NCBI GenBank assembly: GCA_964007735.1
Contig: CAXGAI010000008.1
Span: 1 to 64,000 of the forward strand
Direction of reading: 5' to 3'
Origin: an uncultured Rhodopirellula sp.
GTDB taxonomy: Bacteria; Planctomycetota; Planctomycetia; Pirellulales; Pirellulaceae
Length of the DNA stretch: 64,000 nucleotides
Position numbers and translations under genes: made by a program. Every line of letters begins with the position of its first letter. Within the stretch, counting starts at the first letter, position 1. The notes beneath the pieces were generated by a model that saw only the letters and a program-made list of their open reading frames with translations, was not told the origin of the DNA and searched no databases. Below, piece after piece: positions 8,097-19,781 of the stretch.

Positions 8097-10931
8097 CTAC
8101 TTCGTGACGAAATTTACCAGACGACCGGGTACGACAATCACTTTGACAATTTCGCTACCCGCCAGCAGCTCTTGCATCTTCTCATCATTCTGCGCGGCTT
8201 GTTGAAGATCATCCTTGCTGATATCCGCAGCCACAGAAATACGACTCTTCACTTTACCTTTAATCTGAATCGGAATCTCAATCGTACTTTCAATCAGGAA
8301 CGATTCATCGAATTCAGGCCACGGCTCGTACGCCAATGTCTCTTCTGCTCCCAGCAATTCCCAAAGTTCTTCAGCAATATGAGGTGCGTACGGGGCGAGC
8401 AGCAAAACGAATGACTGCATGACGCTACGAGGACGCTCCTGTTGCTTGGTAAAGTGGTTCACAAATTCCATCATACGGGCGATCGCCGTATTAAAATCAA
8501 GATTTTCTGTATCCTTTGTGACTGCCTTAATCGTCTTATGAAGTATCTTCAATGCGTCAGCATCAGCCTCGATATCGAAAACCATCTCATTCAATGCAAG
8601 CGTTTCTGCACGATCATTGACAATCATGCGCCACACACGATCCAGGAAGCCTTTCACACCATTAACGCCTGACATAGCCCAAGGCTTGGTAGCTGTCAGT
8701 GGCCCCATAAACATCTCATACAGTCGCAATGAATCGGCACCGTAGTTCTCTACGATCTCATCTGGATTGATCACATTCCCGCGGCTCTTGGACATTTTGA
8801 ACGACCGCGCATCAACGCGTATGGACTCATCATCCGCCAAGACAAATGTGTCACCTTGTTTGGTCACTTTCTCTTCAGTCAGCTTTACGGGTAGAACTTC
8901 CGTCCCATCTTCCTGACGATACCTTCCTTCATCGTCCCGGCTAACCTTATCTACACCAACCCAATCCTTAGCTGCATCCTGATAGACCGAGAATTCCATC
9001 TCCCCCAAAATCATGCCCTGATTCACAAGTCGCTGAAATGGCTCAACAGTGGTGACATGCCCTCGATCATACAGGACTTTATGCCAGAAGCGGGCATACA
9101 ATAAGTGCAGCACTGCATGTTCCGCTCCACCGATATACAAATCAACTGGCATCCAGGCCTTTTCCTTCTCTGGATTAACAAAACAATCCTCATTCGTTGG
9201 GTCGATATATCGCAGGTAGTACCAGCAAGACCCGGCCCACTGTGGCATCGTGTTCGTTTCTCGGCGATAACGTTTACCGTCGATGACCGGATACAACCAA
9301 TCATCATCGGCTTTGGCCAGTGGGGGCTCCGGACGACCATGTGGCTTGTAATCCTCCAAAGGCGGCAGGTCAACTGGCAAATCAGCTTCATCAACGCCTC
9401 TTATAATGCCCGTGGGATTATCTTCGTCATCAAGCTCATGAAGGATTGGGAAGGGTTCTCCCCAGAACCTTTGACGAGAGAACAACCAATCTCGCAGTTT
9501 ATAGTTGACTGCCGAAGTACCTGTTCCCTGCACTTCCAACACTTCACGGATTGTTTTTTTGAAATCAGCCGTTTGCAAACCGTCATACTCGCCCGAGTTA
9601 ATCGCCACGCCTGCGCCATGAAAACACTGTTGCCCAGCGAGCACGGCCCCACGATCTATCCCCTTACGTTCGCCAGGATCCACCACAGCAATGATGTCAA
9701 TACCGTACTCTTTGGCAAACTGATAGTCCCGCTCGTCATGAGCAGGAACGGCCATGATGGCTCCGGTTCCATAGCTAATCAATACATAGTCAGCTACCCA
9801 AATCGGTACCTTGGCACCATTCACCGGGTTAATAGCGTAAGCCCCTGTAAAGACACCCGTTTTGGATTTCGAATCTTCGGTGCGTTCGCGATCACTCTTA
9901 AACGAAGCCTTCTCACAATAAGCCTTCACTTCCTCTTGCTGACCAGCAGTCACCAGATTTTCCACGGCCGGATGCTCCGGCGCGATTACCATATAGGTCG
10001 CTCCATAAAGTGTGTCTGGACGAGTGGTATAAACACGCAACGTATCGTTTTTTATTTGATCGGGAAATCCAGTGACAGCACGTCCAGTCTTCCAATCGTG
10101 ATAAGCATCTTGCTCACCAATATAGAAATCCACTTCAGCCCCCGCACTACGTCCAATCCAATCCCGCTGGAGCTTTTTGATGCCGTCAGACCAATTTACC
10201 CCTTCGAGATCATTCTCTAACCGGTCGGCATAAGCAGTGATTCGCAACATCCACTGGCGAAGCGGGATACGTTTTACGGGGTAATTTCCGCGTTCACTGC
10301 GACCATCAATGACTTCTTCATTAGCCAATACGGTACCTAGATCAGCACACCAATTCACCAAAGCATCATCAAGATAAGCCAAACGATGTTGATCGCGGTA
10401 TTTAGCAACAGCAAGCTCACCTTCAGCACTCACATCTTCCGGAATCGGTAGCTCACTAATAGGACGACCTTTATTTTGCTCAATATCAAACCACGTATCA
10501 AACAACAACAGAAAAATCCACTGAGTCCATTTGAAATAGCCCACATCCGTCGTGGCCAAACAACGACTCCAGTCGTAACTGAAACCCAGCATTTTCAATT
10601 GCCGAGTGAAATTAGCGATGTTTTTTTCGGTGGACTCGCGTGGAGGGGTATTTGTCTTGATAGCGTGTTCTTCAGCCGGCAAACCGAAGGCATCATAGCC
10701 CATTGGATGCAACACAGACTTTCCACGCATTCGCTCAAAGCGGCATGTGATATCCGTCGCCGTATAGCCTTCCGGATGACCGACATGCAAACCATTGCCA
10801 CTCGGATATGGAAACATATCCAGCACATACAGTTTTTCACCTGCAGGCATCTCCGAAGTTTTAAATGTCTGATTTTCTTCCCAATAAGTCTGCCATTTGG
10901 CTTCAATTCGACCGGGATTGTAACGTGGCAT
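8097..10931 (-). CDS. leuS: Leucine--tRNA ligase
   Basis: [14 protein letters not shown] (HIGH), KMSKS, editing domain YTTRPDT and [15 protein letters not shown]. Confidence 0.98.
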   Translation of the reverse strand: MPRYNPGRIEAKWQTYWEENQTFKTSEMPAGEKLYVLDMFPYPSGNGLHVGHPEGYTATDITCRFERMRGKSVLHPMGYDAFGLPAEEHAIKTNTPPRESTEKNIANFTRQLKMLGFSYDWSRCLATTDVGYFKWTQWIFLLLFDTWFDIEQNKGRPISELPIPEDVSAEGELAVAKYRDQHRLAYLDDALVNWCADLGTVLANEEVIDGRSERGNYPVKRIPLRQWMLRITAYADRLENDLEGVNWSDGIKKLQRDWIGRSAGAEVDFYIGEQDAYHDWKTGRAVTGFPDQIKNDTLRVYTTRPDTLYGATYMVIAPEHPAVENLVTAGQQEEVKAYCEKASFKSDRERTEDSKSKTGVFTGAYAINPVNGAKVPIWVADYVLISYGTGAIMAVPAHDERDYQFAKEYGIDIIAVVDPGERKGIDRGAVLAGQQCFHGAGVAINSGEYDGLQTADFKKTIREVLEVQGTGTSAVNYKLRDWLFSRQRFWGEPFPILHELDDEDNPTGIIRGVDEADLPVDLPPLEDYKPHGRPEPPLAKADDDWLYPVIDGKRYRRETNTMPQWAGSCWYYLRYIDPTNEDCFVNPEKEKAWMPVDLYIGGAEHAVLHLLYARFWHKVLYDRGHVTTVEPFQRLVNQGMILGEMEFSVYQDAAKDWVGVDKVSRDDEGRYRQEDGTEVLPVKLTEEKVTKQGDTFVLADDESIRVDARSFKMSKSRGNVINPDEIVENYGADSLRLYEMFMGPLTATKPWAMSGVNGVKGFLDRVWRMIVNDRAETLALNEMVFDIEADADALKILHKTIKAVTKDTENLDFNTAIARMMEFVNHFTKQQERPRSVMQSFVLLLAPYAPHIAEELWELLGAEETLAYEPWPEFDESFLIESTIEIPIQIKGKVKSRISVAADISKDDLQQAAQNDEKMQELLAGSEIVKVIVVPGRLVNFVTK

Positions 10932-11185
10932 AAGTTTTCATCTCACTGGTATCGTAAAACCGAAAGCCATTTTTAGTCTGGCATTTTAGACGGTATGGGT
11001 ATCCCATAGCGTGGGTAAAGCGTTGGGTTCCAAACCGCCGATTCTATAGGTTTTCTTTCAATGTGGCAATTCGAGAGGCGTGGACATGAGAGACGGTTGT
11101 GACCAGAATAAATAGACTCTTAAAAAACGGAACGGAGATCTTTTGTTCACCGCTCCATTTCTCCTATTAGTACGACAGCGTTTGA

Positions 11186-11983
11186 ATGCGACGATCACTT
11201 AAAGACCTTCTGCTCAACGAAGACCAACGAAATCAGATGCGCAAAGCTGGGCGATTTAATGCCCAGTTACTCGATTTCCTACGACCTCATGTAAAAGCCG
11301 GTATGACGACTGAAGCCATTGATAAGCTATGCCACGACTATACGCGCGACCACGGCCATATCCCAGCTCCGCTCAATTATCATGGCTTTCCTAAAAGCTG
11401 CTGCACCAGTGTCAACGAAGTGATCTGCCACGGCATCCCCGACTCCTACAGATTAAAAGACGGTGATATCGTCAACGTCGACATTACGTCTATTGTAGAT
11501 GGATGGTTTGGGGATCAATCAGAAACTTTTCTAATCGGAGAAGTGAGTGACGAAGCCCGCAAGGTGACTCAATGTGCTTTTGACAGCCTCTACAAAGCCA
11601 TCCATGCTATCAGCCCGGGAAGTATGATTACCGAGATAGGGCACGCGATCGTTGACGAAGCTAATCAATACGGCTTTGGTGTCGTACGTGAATATGTGGG
11701 TCACGGTTTAGGAACAGAATTCCATCAGGAGCCATCCATACCACATTACCCCGATCCTCGATTCAATCGGGTTTCCCTAGAGCCCGGAATCTGTTTTACC
11801 ATCGAACCAATGATCAATATAGGACGTTATCAGGGAATCGTTGATCCGCTGGACAACTGGACTGTTAGAACGATTGACGGGAAACTATCTGCCCAGTTCG
11901 AACACACACTACTGATGACCGAAAATGGTCCAGAAATCTTAACGACAACGGAACATGGCCCCAAATTCGGACACCAGTTCTAA
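11186..11983 (+). CDS. map: Type I methionine aminopeptidase
   Basis: [40 protein letters not shown] and SAQFEHT. Confidence 0.97.
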   Translation: MRRSLKDLLLNEDQRNQMRKAGRFNAQLLDFLRPHVKAGMTTEAIDKLCHDYTRDHGHIPAPLNYHGFPKSCCTSVNEVICHGIPDSYRLKDGDIVNVDITSIVDGWFGDQSETFLIGEVSDEARKVTQCAFDSLYKAIHAISPGSMITEIGHAIVDEANQYGFGVVREYVGHGLGTEFHQEPSIPHYPDPRFNRVSLEPGICFTIEPMINIGRYQGIVDPLDNWTVRTIDGKLSAQFEHTLLMTENGPEILTTTEHGPKFGHQF

Positions 11984-12010
11984 TAAGCCTATTTCCACGC
12001 AACGTCGGGC

Positions 12011-15000
12011 TCAATCACCAAAATGTTCTTCTGCCTTTGTCTTGAGCCCCTTGAGATCCAGTTTACCGGTTCCAAGCACAGGAAGTTCATCTACTTCCAG
12101 GAAACTGTCAGCCGACGGAATAAAAATGTTAGGGAGTCCGTGTTCTGCTGACAATGCCTTACGGACATCATCAATCGAATTTTCAATCGCTCGGTGTAAT
12201 ACAATGAGTCGTTCCCCTTTTTTGGCATCAGGCACAGCCGTTACAGCGGCTAGCATCTCTTCGGTCGCCCCTAAAATTTGGTTCAAAGATTCTTCAATTT
12301 TGATGTGAGGAACCATTTCACCGCCAATCTTCGAAAAGCGACTCATGCGTCCGGTGATCTTGATGAAACCATCTTTATCGATCATGGCAACGTCACCAGT
12401 TTTATACCAGCCGTCGACAATGACTTCATTAGTCAGATCATCACGGTGATAGTAACCCTTCATTACGTTTGGCCCTTTAATCCACAACATTCCGGATTCG
12501 TCTTCACCTAATTCTTCACCCGTATCAAGATCTGTCACTTTAGCGGCCACACCTGGAATAGTTCTTCCAACCGTACCTTCTTTCGCTTCAATATGGTCAT
12601 CCGATGCCTGACGACTCTTCGGTACATTGACCGATACCAAAGGTGAGGTCTCCGTAGCTCCGTAACCTTCGACAGGACGCACACCATATTTCTCTTCAAA
12701 CTGATCCGACACGTCCACAGGCAATTTTTCGGCACCCGTAATGACAATATCCAGTGACTCAAACTGCTCCGGAGTCACACGACGTAGATAACTTCGAAGA
12801 AACGTCGGCGTTGCCACCATCACGGTTCCCTTGTTTCTCTCAGTAACTTCCCCAACCTTCTTGGCTTCCAGCGGATTCGGATGATAAGCGACGCCAATGG
12901 GGTGACATAAAGGCGTCCAAATAGTGACCGTATATCCCATCGAGTGAAAGAAGGGGAGGATGCCAATGACCATATCATCGGGTCTCAACTTCGCAATCTG
13001 ATTAATCGCCTCCACATTACTGGCGACATTGGCATGCGTCAGCATGACTCCCTTCGGGACCCCTGTTGATCCCGAGGTGAAAATAACGGTCAGAATATCA
13101 TCCGGTTTGATTTCGTCGAGCCCAAGTGACTTGATAATTGAATTAGCCGAGCTAAATTTAGTGACAAACAAACTGGTCACTTTGTCCATTATTGTTGGTT
13201 TGTAGGTATCCTTGCGAAAATCTTCAAGAAAAAACACCTCGGCTTCCAAGTCTTCGGCATTGAAATTGAATTTTTTGAATGCCAGGCGACTACCAAGAAT
13301 TGTCTTAATACCGGCCTGCTTACAACAAGCATTAATCACCTCGGGGCTGACTGTATAATTCAGGTGAACAGCCACTCGACGATCCAAAGCCAAAGCCATA
13401 TTGGTAACCGCCCCACCGACACTTTGCGGAATCAGCATACCAACATACCCTTCGTCATCTGACAGCACATGACGAAGGAGTAATTTACGTAGAATAAGAG
13501 ACCGTAAGAGTAATTCACTACCAGTAAGCGAACTACCACTGGAGTCTACAATCTTGGGTTTGCGATTGCGTTTACATTCTCGGATGAACTGACATGTCAT
13601 CTGACTCTCGTTTTGAATGCGTTGATTCACTGCTTTGGCTCCTAACTGTGATACTGCCTGTCGATACTCAAAAACCGCTGCATCCTTAGAGACGGGCTTA
13701 CCGAAGTGCACCCATACAGGATAAGGGATTTGACGTGGAAGTTTCCAAAAATACTTTCCCTGGGAATAACTAAAAACACTTCCCCATAATCCGTCCAGAT
13801 AAATCGGGATCACGGGCACATCGCTTTTACAGCGTTCCAGAATCTTCTTCATACCCGGCTTAAATGCCTGAATTTGCCCGGACTTCGTCAGTGCTCCCTC
13901 TGGGAAGATACAAACCAATTCGCCATTGTCTAAAGCTTTGGCGGCTACATCCAATGCTTTAATCACCGAACGGCGACCGGGAGTAATCATAATCACACCA
14001 AACATACGTCCGAATGCATTGATGATTTTATTTTGAAAGTTACCGGAAAAGACAACCATTCGAATCGGACGCTCGCTGGCCAGCAGTAACAAAATTCCAT
14101 CGATCCAGGTAACATGATTTGGGACTAACAAAGCCCCACCCATTTCGGGCAGGTTTTTAAGTCCCTTGAGTCGTACTCGATAAATCGTCTTGCTAAGCGT
14201 CCAAACGACAAACTTAATCGTCACGGATGGAATCAAAACGACGATATAAACCGCAATGGGGATGGTTAGCAAGCCTAACGTAAGGAAGATATCCCGTGAC
14301 GAAAAGAATGGGGTTCCCTCGGCCGTTTCCATCCGAAGTCCCATAAACAATCCGTTCATGACTAGCATACCAAAGAACGTAAGCAGATTCGTAGCTGCTA
14401 AAATCGCTCCCAAATTTTCGCGTGGACTGTGGTGCTGCAGAAATGCCGTTAAAGGAACTTCAAAAAGCCCGGCGCTAAAACCAACCCCTACTAAAAGAAG
14501 ACAGGCCAGAATATACTCCCATTTGATTTCGCCACTTGGCTCAAGCTTCAACTGCAGGCTAACATCCTCCAACTCGGTGGAATCGATCGCCTGACGACGT
14601 ACTACAATGTCCACCGTCGCCAATGCTAACTGCCCCTGATTTTTGATTTGTTCGCCAGTTACCTCATTGTCAAATTGATCCCTTGAGCCAATCAGAGTCT
14701 CACCCACCTTCACAATCTGATCATTCAACTGCAAATCAGACTCAAACGCAGGCGAATTTTTAGCTAATCGCTCGACACGTACAATGGGCGCGGTCCCTCG
14801 ATCACTAATCTCTTTCACCGCGACACCTAATCGTGTTTTATCAAAGATCGTGCTGTCCACCGTGAATAAGAGCATCGTGGAAATCGCTATTCCAAATGCT
14901 CCGATTGGAAGAATACCCAATTCAACACGTTCACCTGACATCAAACCGGCCAGTACCGAACCAACACAGATCCCCAGAACAACGGCTACTAAGAACGGAG

Positions 15001-15883
15001 TACGATCCGTTTCTGAGCCCGCGCCTGCTTCGACAACAAACTGATCAATGTTGTTTTGAGCAACAGCGCTAACCGCCCAAAAAAACATGATCCCAATGGC
15101 AATGCGGAACAGAGCACGATTGCTGTGTAAAACCTGCAAATCGTTCCACATTGATTTAACAATATTGATCGGGAACTTTCTCTTCTTGTTAGCAAGCTGT
15201 AGCGGATCAATTCCCAAGCTGAAAACCGTTCCAACCAAAGCGATGCCCATAACCACCTGAGCAATTAGCAAAACCGGGTGAGGGCCTTCTAGGCTTTGCG
15301 GGATATCCAGGTAATTACCATTCGGACCGCCATAGTAATCGGCGAGGTATCCTCCGAGGAACATCCCACCTAGTGTTCCGACGACGGTCATCATATTGTA
15401 GTACCCATTGGCAGGCGAAAGCTTTGCCGACTTCACAATTTCCGGGATCGCTCCCATCTTGGCCGGATAGAACATTGCACTTTGCGCACCCATGAGCGTC
15501 AATGCCGTAAAGATGAACAAAGGCGACTCCATAAAGATCGCCAAACTCCCCATCAACATGATCAGGATCTCAGCCAATTTACAAGCCACGATTACTCGCC
15601 GTTTAGAAAACCTATCCGACACATATCCTGCGTGCGTCGCCAACAGAATATAGGGCGTCACAAAACAGATCAGACCTAAACCTAAAACCCAACTTTGAGT
15701 AAGCCCCCAAATATCACCCGAGCGGTATTCGACATACTGCTTGCCAATACCAATTACCAACCAACGAAACGTATTGTCATTAATGCCGGTTAGAAGTTGC
15801 GTGAGACAAAGAGACACAAAACTCTTTGACAAGAGATTGTTCTTTCCTTCAGGCAGTAAACTGGCTGTCGCAGTCTGACTCAT
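12011..15883 (-). CDS. aas: LplT-like MFS / acyltransferase / acyl-ACP synthetase fusion (Aas-type) with an inserted PDZ domain
   Basis: N-terminal MFS (DRFSKRRVI, PAKMGAIPEIV); PlsC motif NHVTWID and IFPEG; AMP-binding FTSGSTGVPKG, EGYGATE and WYKTGD. Confidence 0.9.
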   Translation of the reverse strand: MSQTATASLLPEGKNNLLSKSFVSLCLTQLLTGINDNTFRWLVIGIGKQYVEYRSGDIWGLTQSWVLGLGLICFVTPYILLATHAGYVSDRFSKRRVIVACKLAEILIMLMGSLAIFMESPLFIFTALTLMGAQSAMFYPAKMGAIPEIVKSAKLSPANGYYNMMTVVGTLGGMFLGGYLADYYGGPNGNYLDIPQSLEGPHPVLLIAQVVMGIALVGTVFSLGIDPLQLANKKRKFPINIVKSMWNDLQVLHSNRALFRIAIGIMFFWAVSAVAQNNIDQFVVEAGAGSETDRTPFLVAVVLGICVGSVLAGLMSGERVELGILPIGAFGIAISTMLLFTVDSTIFDKTRLGVAVKEISDRGTAPIVRVERLAKNSPAFESDLQLNDQIVKVGETLIGSRDQFDNEVTGEQIKNQGQLALATVDIVVRRQAIDSTELEDVSLQLKLEPSGEIKWEYILACLLLVGVGFSAGLFEVPLTAFLQHHSPRENLGAILAATNLLTFFGMLVMNGLFMGLRMETAEGTPFFSSRDIFLTLGLLTIPIAVYIVVLIPSVTIKFVVWTLSKTIYRVRLKGLKNLPEMGGALLVPNHVTWIDGILLLLASERPIRMVVFSGNFQNKIINAFGRMFGVIMITPGRRSVIKALDVAAKALDNGELVCIFPEGALTKSGQIQAFKPGMKKILERCKSDVPVIPIYLDGLWGSVFSYSQGKYFWKLPRQIPYPVWVHFGKPVSKDAAVFEYRQAVSQLGAKAVNQRIQNESQMTCQFIRECKRNRKPKIVDSSGSSLTGSELLLRSLILRKLLLRHVLSDDEGYVGMLIPQSVGGAVTNMALALDRRVAVHLNYTVSPEVINACCKQAGIKTILGSRLAFKKFNFNAEDLEAEVFFLEDFRKDTYKPTIMDKVTSLFVTKFSSANSIIKSLGLDEIKPDDILTVIFTSGSTGVPKGVMLTHANVASNVEAINQIAKLRPDDMVIGILPFFHSMGYTVTIWTPLCHPIGVAYHPNPLEAKKVGEVTERNKGTVMVATPTFLRSYLRRVTPEQFESLDIVITGAEKLPVDVSDQFEEKYGVRPVEGYGATETSPLVSVNVPKSRQASDDHIEAKEGTVGRTIPGVAAKVTDLDTGEELGEDESGMLWIKGPNVMKGYYHRDDLTNEVIVDGWYKTGDVAMIDKDGFIKITGRMSRFSKIGGEMVPHIKIEESLNQILGATEEMLAAVTAVPDAKKGERLIVLHRAIENSIDDVRKALSAEHGLPNIFIPSADSFLEVDELPVLGTGKLDLKGLKTKAEEHFGD

Positions 15884-16163
15884 CCGAGCGGCTTATTCCG
15901 TAGTTGTAGTTATCAATGCTGAGGTGGGTTTGAACGTATGTAAATCTAAAAAGTTTTAACTAAATTCTTCATTTGCATGGAAGTTACTTCAAGCAAGTCA
16001 GCATAGAATTGCGAAGCTATTAATAGGCCTTAAGTTCACATACATGTATTGAACACTAAAATAATAGCACTTTTTAGAATTAACGGCATCATCGAACCGG
16101 ATAGATTTACGGTACTTTAAATCGTCGGCAACTCAATTCGGTGTCTATGAACTGAAGCTCATC

Positions 16164-16547
16164 ATGAAACTACAGCGTCCACAATATCTGATGGCAGCCG
16201 TCATTCTATTCGTCTTGGGAATTCAGTGTCTGTATGTAGATTCATACATCCTGACACCGGAGGCCAGCGACAACCTGTCCTCACAATTGGACATTCCACC
16301 TGTTTCTGTAGACGATTCGAGGACAGATCCCAATTCCACTGATTCGGAAAGCTTCGCTGAAGATCCCGTCACCATAGATGAATCACTGCCTCCATCTAAA
16401 GGTCCGCAAAACCACACAAAAAAAAGGGATGATTTTTCAGGTCGATACACCGTAATCCTCCCTGAATGGTTCACTTGGTCATTATTTGGGGCCAGCCTGA
16501 TCTGTTTTCTTCGAACCATCCCTTGGCTTGTTCCAGCCCGCCAATAG
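16164..16547 (+). CDS. Small membrane hypothetical protein with two hydrophobic segments
   Basis: Hydrophobic N- and C-terminal stretches around an acidic loop. Confidence 0.6.
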   Translation: MKLQRPQYLMAAVILFVLGIQCLYVDSYILTPEASDNLSSQLDIPPVSVDDSRTDPNSTDSESFAEDPVTIDESLPPSKGPQNHTKKRDDFSGRYTVILPEWFTWSLFGASLICFLRTIPWLVPARQ

Positions 16548-16661
16548 CATTGTCAAGTAAACGGTTTGCTGGCTTTAGAACTGATAGCTAGAGGTCTAAA
16601 GCGACGGATGGTATAGTGTGGGTTAATCAACACCCCTCAGAATCCATTCCTCTCCAAAATC

Positions 16662-17789
16662 ATGGCTAAAAAAAATTACTTCCTTCTATTCCTGAGCATC
16701 GCAACATTTATTTTCACCGGTTGCTCGGAACCCAAGACAAGTTCCGTTGTCAGCGACCCTCAAATCAACGAAGAACAGGCCCAGGAAATAAAAGAGACTG
16801 ACGATGCGAATATTGTGACCGCTCTTTCCAATCTGGGGGCTGCGTTCAAAAAGAACCGTGATGGTCTGATCACTGAAGTTAGCCTGATTGGGACCAACGC
16901 TTCCGATGCTGATCTCGAACAATTGGGGATGCTAACCCAACTCACCTCACTGCGTCTCAACGAAACAGACATCTCGGATGCTGGAATGGCGGACGTTGGA
17001 AAGTTAACTAATCTGGTAAATCTAGATTTGCGAGGCTGTTCAATCAACAACGCAAGCATGCAAGCCATTGAAGGGCTGAGTAAACTTCGTGCACTGAGAC
17101 TTTCCGGCGAAAGCGGATCCACAACGGTTGATGATGATGGAATGGCAAGTATCAACAAATTAACATCGCTTAAAGCACTTCTGCTAGACCATCTCTGGAT
17201 CAGCGAAGTTGGCCTAACAGATTTGGCCGATCTCAAGAATCTGGAGGAGCTTTATCTAGCCAAGACGCTCATCGATGATGCCTCACTAGCCGTTTTGACA
17301 CAGCACCCCAAGCTCAAGAAGCTCCGGATTTCACAAACTCAGATTTCAGATGCCGGACTAGAGTCATTGGTCGAGCTTAAAAATCTGATCGATCTGGACC
17401 TCAGTGAAAACAGTATTATTTCTGATCTTGGCATGGAACAGATTGGAAAGATCACCACGCTCAAACGACTTAATCTATGGCGAGTGGCACTGAGCGATTT
17501 TGGTGTCGAGAAACTGGCTGGGCTAAAAGAGATGGATTGGCTTAACCTCGACAACACTTCGCTTTCAGACGCAGGCCTCGTACACCTGCAGGGTATGGCC
17601 CAAATCACATTCTTACACCTTGGTTCCACTACCATCACAGATGCCGGACTCGTACATCTCGAAGGCCTGACGACGTTAAAAGACCTTAAGGTCACTCGGA
17701 CCGCTGTGACTGAAGAAGGGGTGGCATCCTTAAATGAAAAACTACCCACCACCGAGATTCAATTGAAGTATCTCGGCAGCGGGCAGTAA
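16662..17789 (+). CDS. Leucine-rich repeat lipoprotein
   Basis: Lipobox-like FTGC and tandem 24-aa LRRs (LxxLxLxxTxIxDxGLxxL). Confidence 0.9.
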   Translation: MAKKNYFLLFLSIATFIFTGCSEPKTSSVVSDPQINEEQAQEIKETDDANIVTALSNLGAAFKKNRDGLITEVSLIGTNASDADLEQLGMLTQLTSLRLNETDISDAGMADVGKLTNLVNLDLRGCSINNASMQAIEGLSKLRALRLSGESGSTTVDDDGMASINKLTSLKALLLDHLWISEVGLTDLADLKNLEELYLAKTLIDDASLAVLTQHPKLKKLRISQTQISDAGLESLVELKNLIDLDLSENSIISDLGMEQIGKITTLKRLNLWRVALSDFGVEKLAGLKEMDWLNLDNTSLSDAGLVHLQGMAQITFLHLGSTTITDAGLVHLEGLTTLKDLKVTRTAVTEEGVASLNEKLPTTEIQLKYLGSGQ

Positions 17790-17816
17790 TGGTTTGATAA
17801 CAAGCTTGAAATCGTC

Positions 17817-19127
17817 TTAAACGATTTCCCACCCCTTGCGGTATTCCTTGGTAATAAACTTATCCGCTTCAGGAGCGTTGGTCGCTTTCAACGATTTAGC
17901 ATCCCAGTCCAAAGCTTTACCTGTACGATAGCTAACGTTACCAAGAAGAACCGTCTCTGTAAGAGCACCGGAGTAATCGAAATTACATAAGGTGGGTGTA
18001 CCTTCTTTACAGGCTTTGATCCATTCAGCATGATGACCAATCGATGGTGGAATCGTCTGCTTGGGTGGAGCCCAGCTTTCAAATTTGTCCGTTGGAAACA
18101 GTCGGTAACTTGAGTAGTTAGCGAACATCATCCCCTCTTCTCCGACGAACATAACACCAGCACCAGGAACGCGCTGTCCGTCTATCTCCTTCGGAATCAT
18201 GTTTCCGTCGTACCAGGTCAGGTTGATCGTATCGCTACCATCAGCGGCTGGGAAAACATATTCGACTTTTAGTCCCAACGGACAGGTTTCTGCATGCACT
18301 TCAGGACCTGTTGCTTTACAGGAAAGTGGATGACGAAGACCTAAAGCCCAGAAGGGAAGGTCCATATAATGGCAAGCCATATCACCCAGCGTGCCCTGAC
18401 CAAATTCCCACCAGCGTCGCCAGTTGGCCGGATGGTAACGTCCGGGAGCATAAGCTCGTTCTTCCGCCGGCCCTAACCAAAGATCCCAATCCAGATTCTT
18501 TGGTGGTTCAGTGATCTGTTCAGCCGTCGGAAGTTCTCCACCGCCCCAGCCTTTACCGACCCATACGTGCACATCGGTAATCTTACCAAGGACACCTGAC
18601 TGAATCGCTTCCACAACTCTTCGGTAATTTGGTTCCGCATGAATCTGAGTTCCCAGCTGAGTAGCAACACCATACTTCTTAGATTCTTCTGCAATCAAAC
18701 GAGCTTCGAAGACCGTGTGTGACAACGGCTTTTCGGTGTAAGTATGTTTACCGGCTCGAATCGCCAACAAGGATGCCGGAGCATGAGAGTGGTCAGCCGT
18801 CGCCACGACAACCGCATCGATCTTGTCACCTTCCTGATCAATCAACTCTCGGTAATCTGCATATTTACGAGCGTTGGCAAATTCAGCCGCTGCTCGATTT
18901 AGGTAGTTCGAATCGACATCACAAAGAGCAACGATATTCTCCCCTTTTACGCCTGAAATATCAGCTGCAGCTCGATTGGCTGTTCCAACACAGGCAATAT
19001 TCAGTTTTTCGTTAGCCGACGTGGACGCTGCCAACTCAGCTCCACTGAAAACTCCGGATGACAATACGGTAGCACCGGCACCCGTCGTCTTCAGAAAGTT
19101 ACGGCGATTTTGCATTTGATTAGTCAT
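17817..19127 (-). CDS. Gfo/Idh/MocA-family oxidoreductase with Tat-like N-terminus
   Basis: NRRNFLK, LNIACVG, EKPLSHT, DWDLWLGPA and GDMACHYMD. Start reassigned to MTNQ. Confidence 0.92.
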   Translation of the reverse strand: MTNQMQNRRNFLKTTGAGATVLSSGVFSGAELAASTSANEKLNIACVGTANRAAADISGVKGENIVALCDVDSNYLNRAAAEFANARKYADYRELIDQEGDKIDAVVVATADHSHAPASLLAIRAGKHTYTEKPLSHTVFEARLIAEESKKYGVATQLGTQIHAEPNYRRVVEAIQSGVLGKITDVHVWVGKGWGGGELPTAEQITEPPKNLDWDLWLGPAEERAYAPGRYHPANWRRWWEFGQGTLGDMACHYMDLPFWALGLRHPLSCKATGPEVHAETCPLGLKVEYVFPAADGSDTINLTWYDGNMIPKEIDGQRVPGAGVMFVGEEGMMFANYSSYRLFPTDKFESWAPPKQTIPPSIGHHAEWIKACKEGTPTLCNFDYSGALTETVLLGNVSYRTGKALDWDAKSLKATNAPEADKFITKEYRKGWEIV

Positions 19128-19335
19128 ATGTTCTTTTCCCGTTCTTACATACAAAGGGATTTATAGTTTTCAAACATTTGTATCCGTTAATCTTAGCACA
19201 AAAATACGGCACATTCCCCTTCCATTTAATAATCCGGTTCCATCCTCCTCCAGAGGTGATAAAATGAAAGCACTGCATGCCCTGCCTAAGGGCTCAAACA
19301 GGAAAAAAACACTGAAAAACTGGAGAAAACACACC

Positions 19336-19776
19336 ATGAGTGCTCAACAAAAAGCAGAAGAACTGGGCATTGAATTTCAGGCTATCGAACCAGGTTACCT
19401 GAATCTTTGCATTCGTAGCGGTAATCAACTCATTACCTCAGGTCACACGAGCACAGCCAAAGGCATTTTGGGCAAGGACATGAGTGTGGAAGATGGATAC
19501 GCCGCCGCTCGTGACTGCGGTATCAAGATCCTGCAATCTGTACACGATGAACACGGCACGCTGGATAATCTGCGCGTCATCAAAGTGCTCGGTTGTGTTT
19601 ATTCAGCGTCTGAATTTACCGATCAGCATCTGGTAATTAATGGTTGCTCCGATCTCTTTCACGAAATCTTCGGAAAAGAAGGGGACGGCTACCATGCACG
19701 AAGTGCTCTTGGTTTTGCTGCGTTGCCGACGGGTGCAGCTGTTGAGGTAGAAGCGATTTTTGAAATTGTAGAATAA
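19336..19776 (+). CDS. RidA/YjgF family protein
   Basis: FTDQHLVINGCSDL and HARSALG...LPTGAAVEVEAIFE. Start reassigned to MSAQQK. Confidence 0.88.
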   Translation: MSAQQKAEELGIEFQAIEPGYLNLCIRSGNQLITSGHTSTAKGILGKDMSVEDGYAAARDCGIKILQSVHDEHGTLDNLRVIKVLGCVYSASEFTDQHLVINGCSDLFHEIFGKEGDGYHARSALGFAALPTGAAVEVEAIFEIVE

Positions 19777-19781
19777 CATTG

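Noticed and set aside
9105..10220. 371-aa plus-strand ORF
   Set aside because: Entirely antisense to leuS with no recognisable motifs; a shadow ORF, like the many other 60-170 aa ORFs nested in real genes.
16662..17789. LRR periodicity as a CRISPR-like or DNA repeat array
   Set aside because: The repeats are degenerate and protein-level; ordinary planctomycete LRR lipoprotein.
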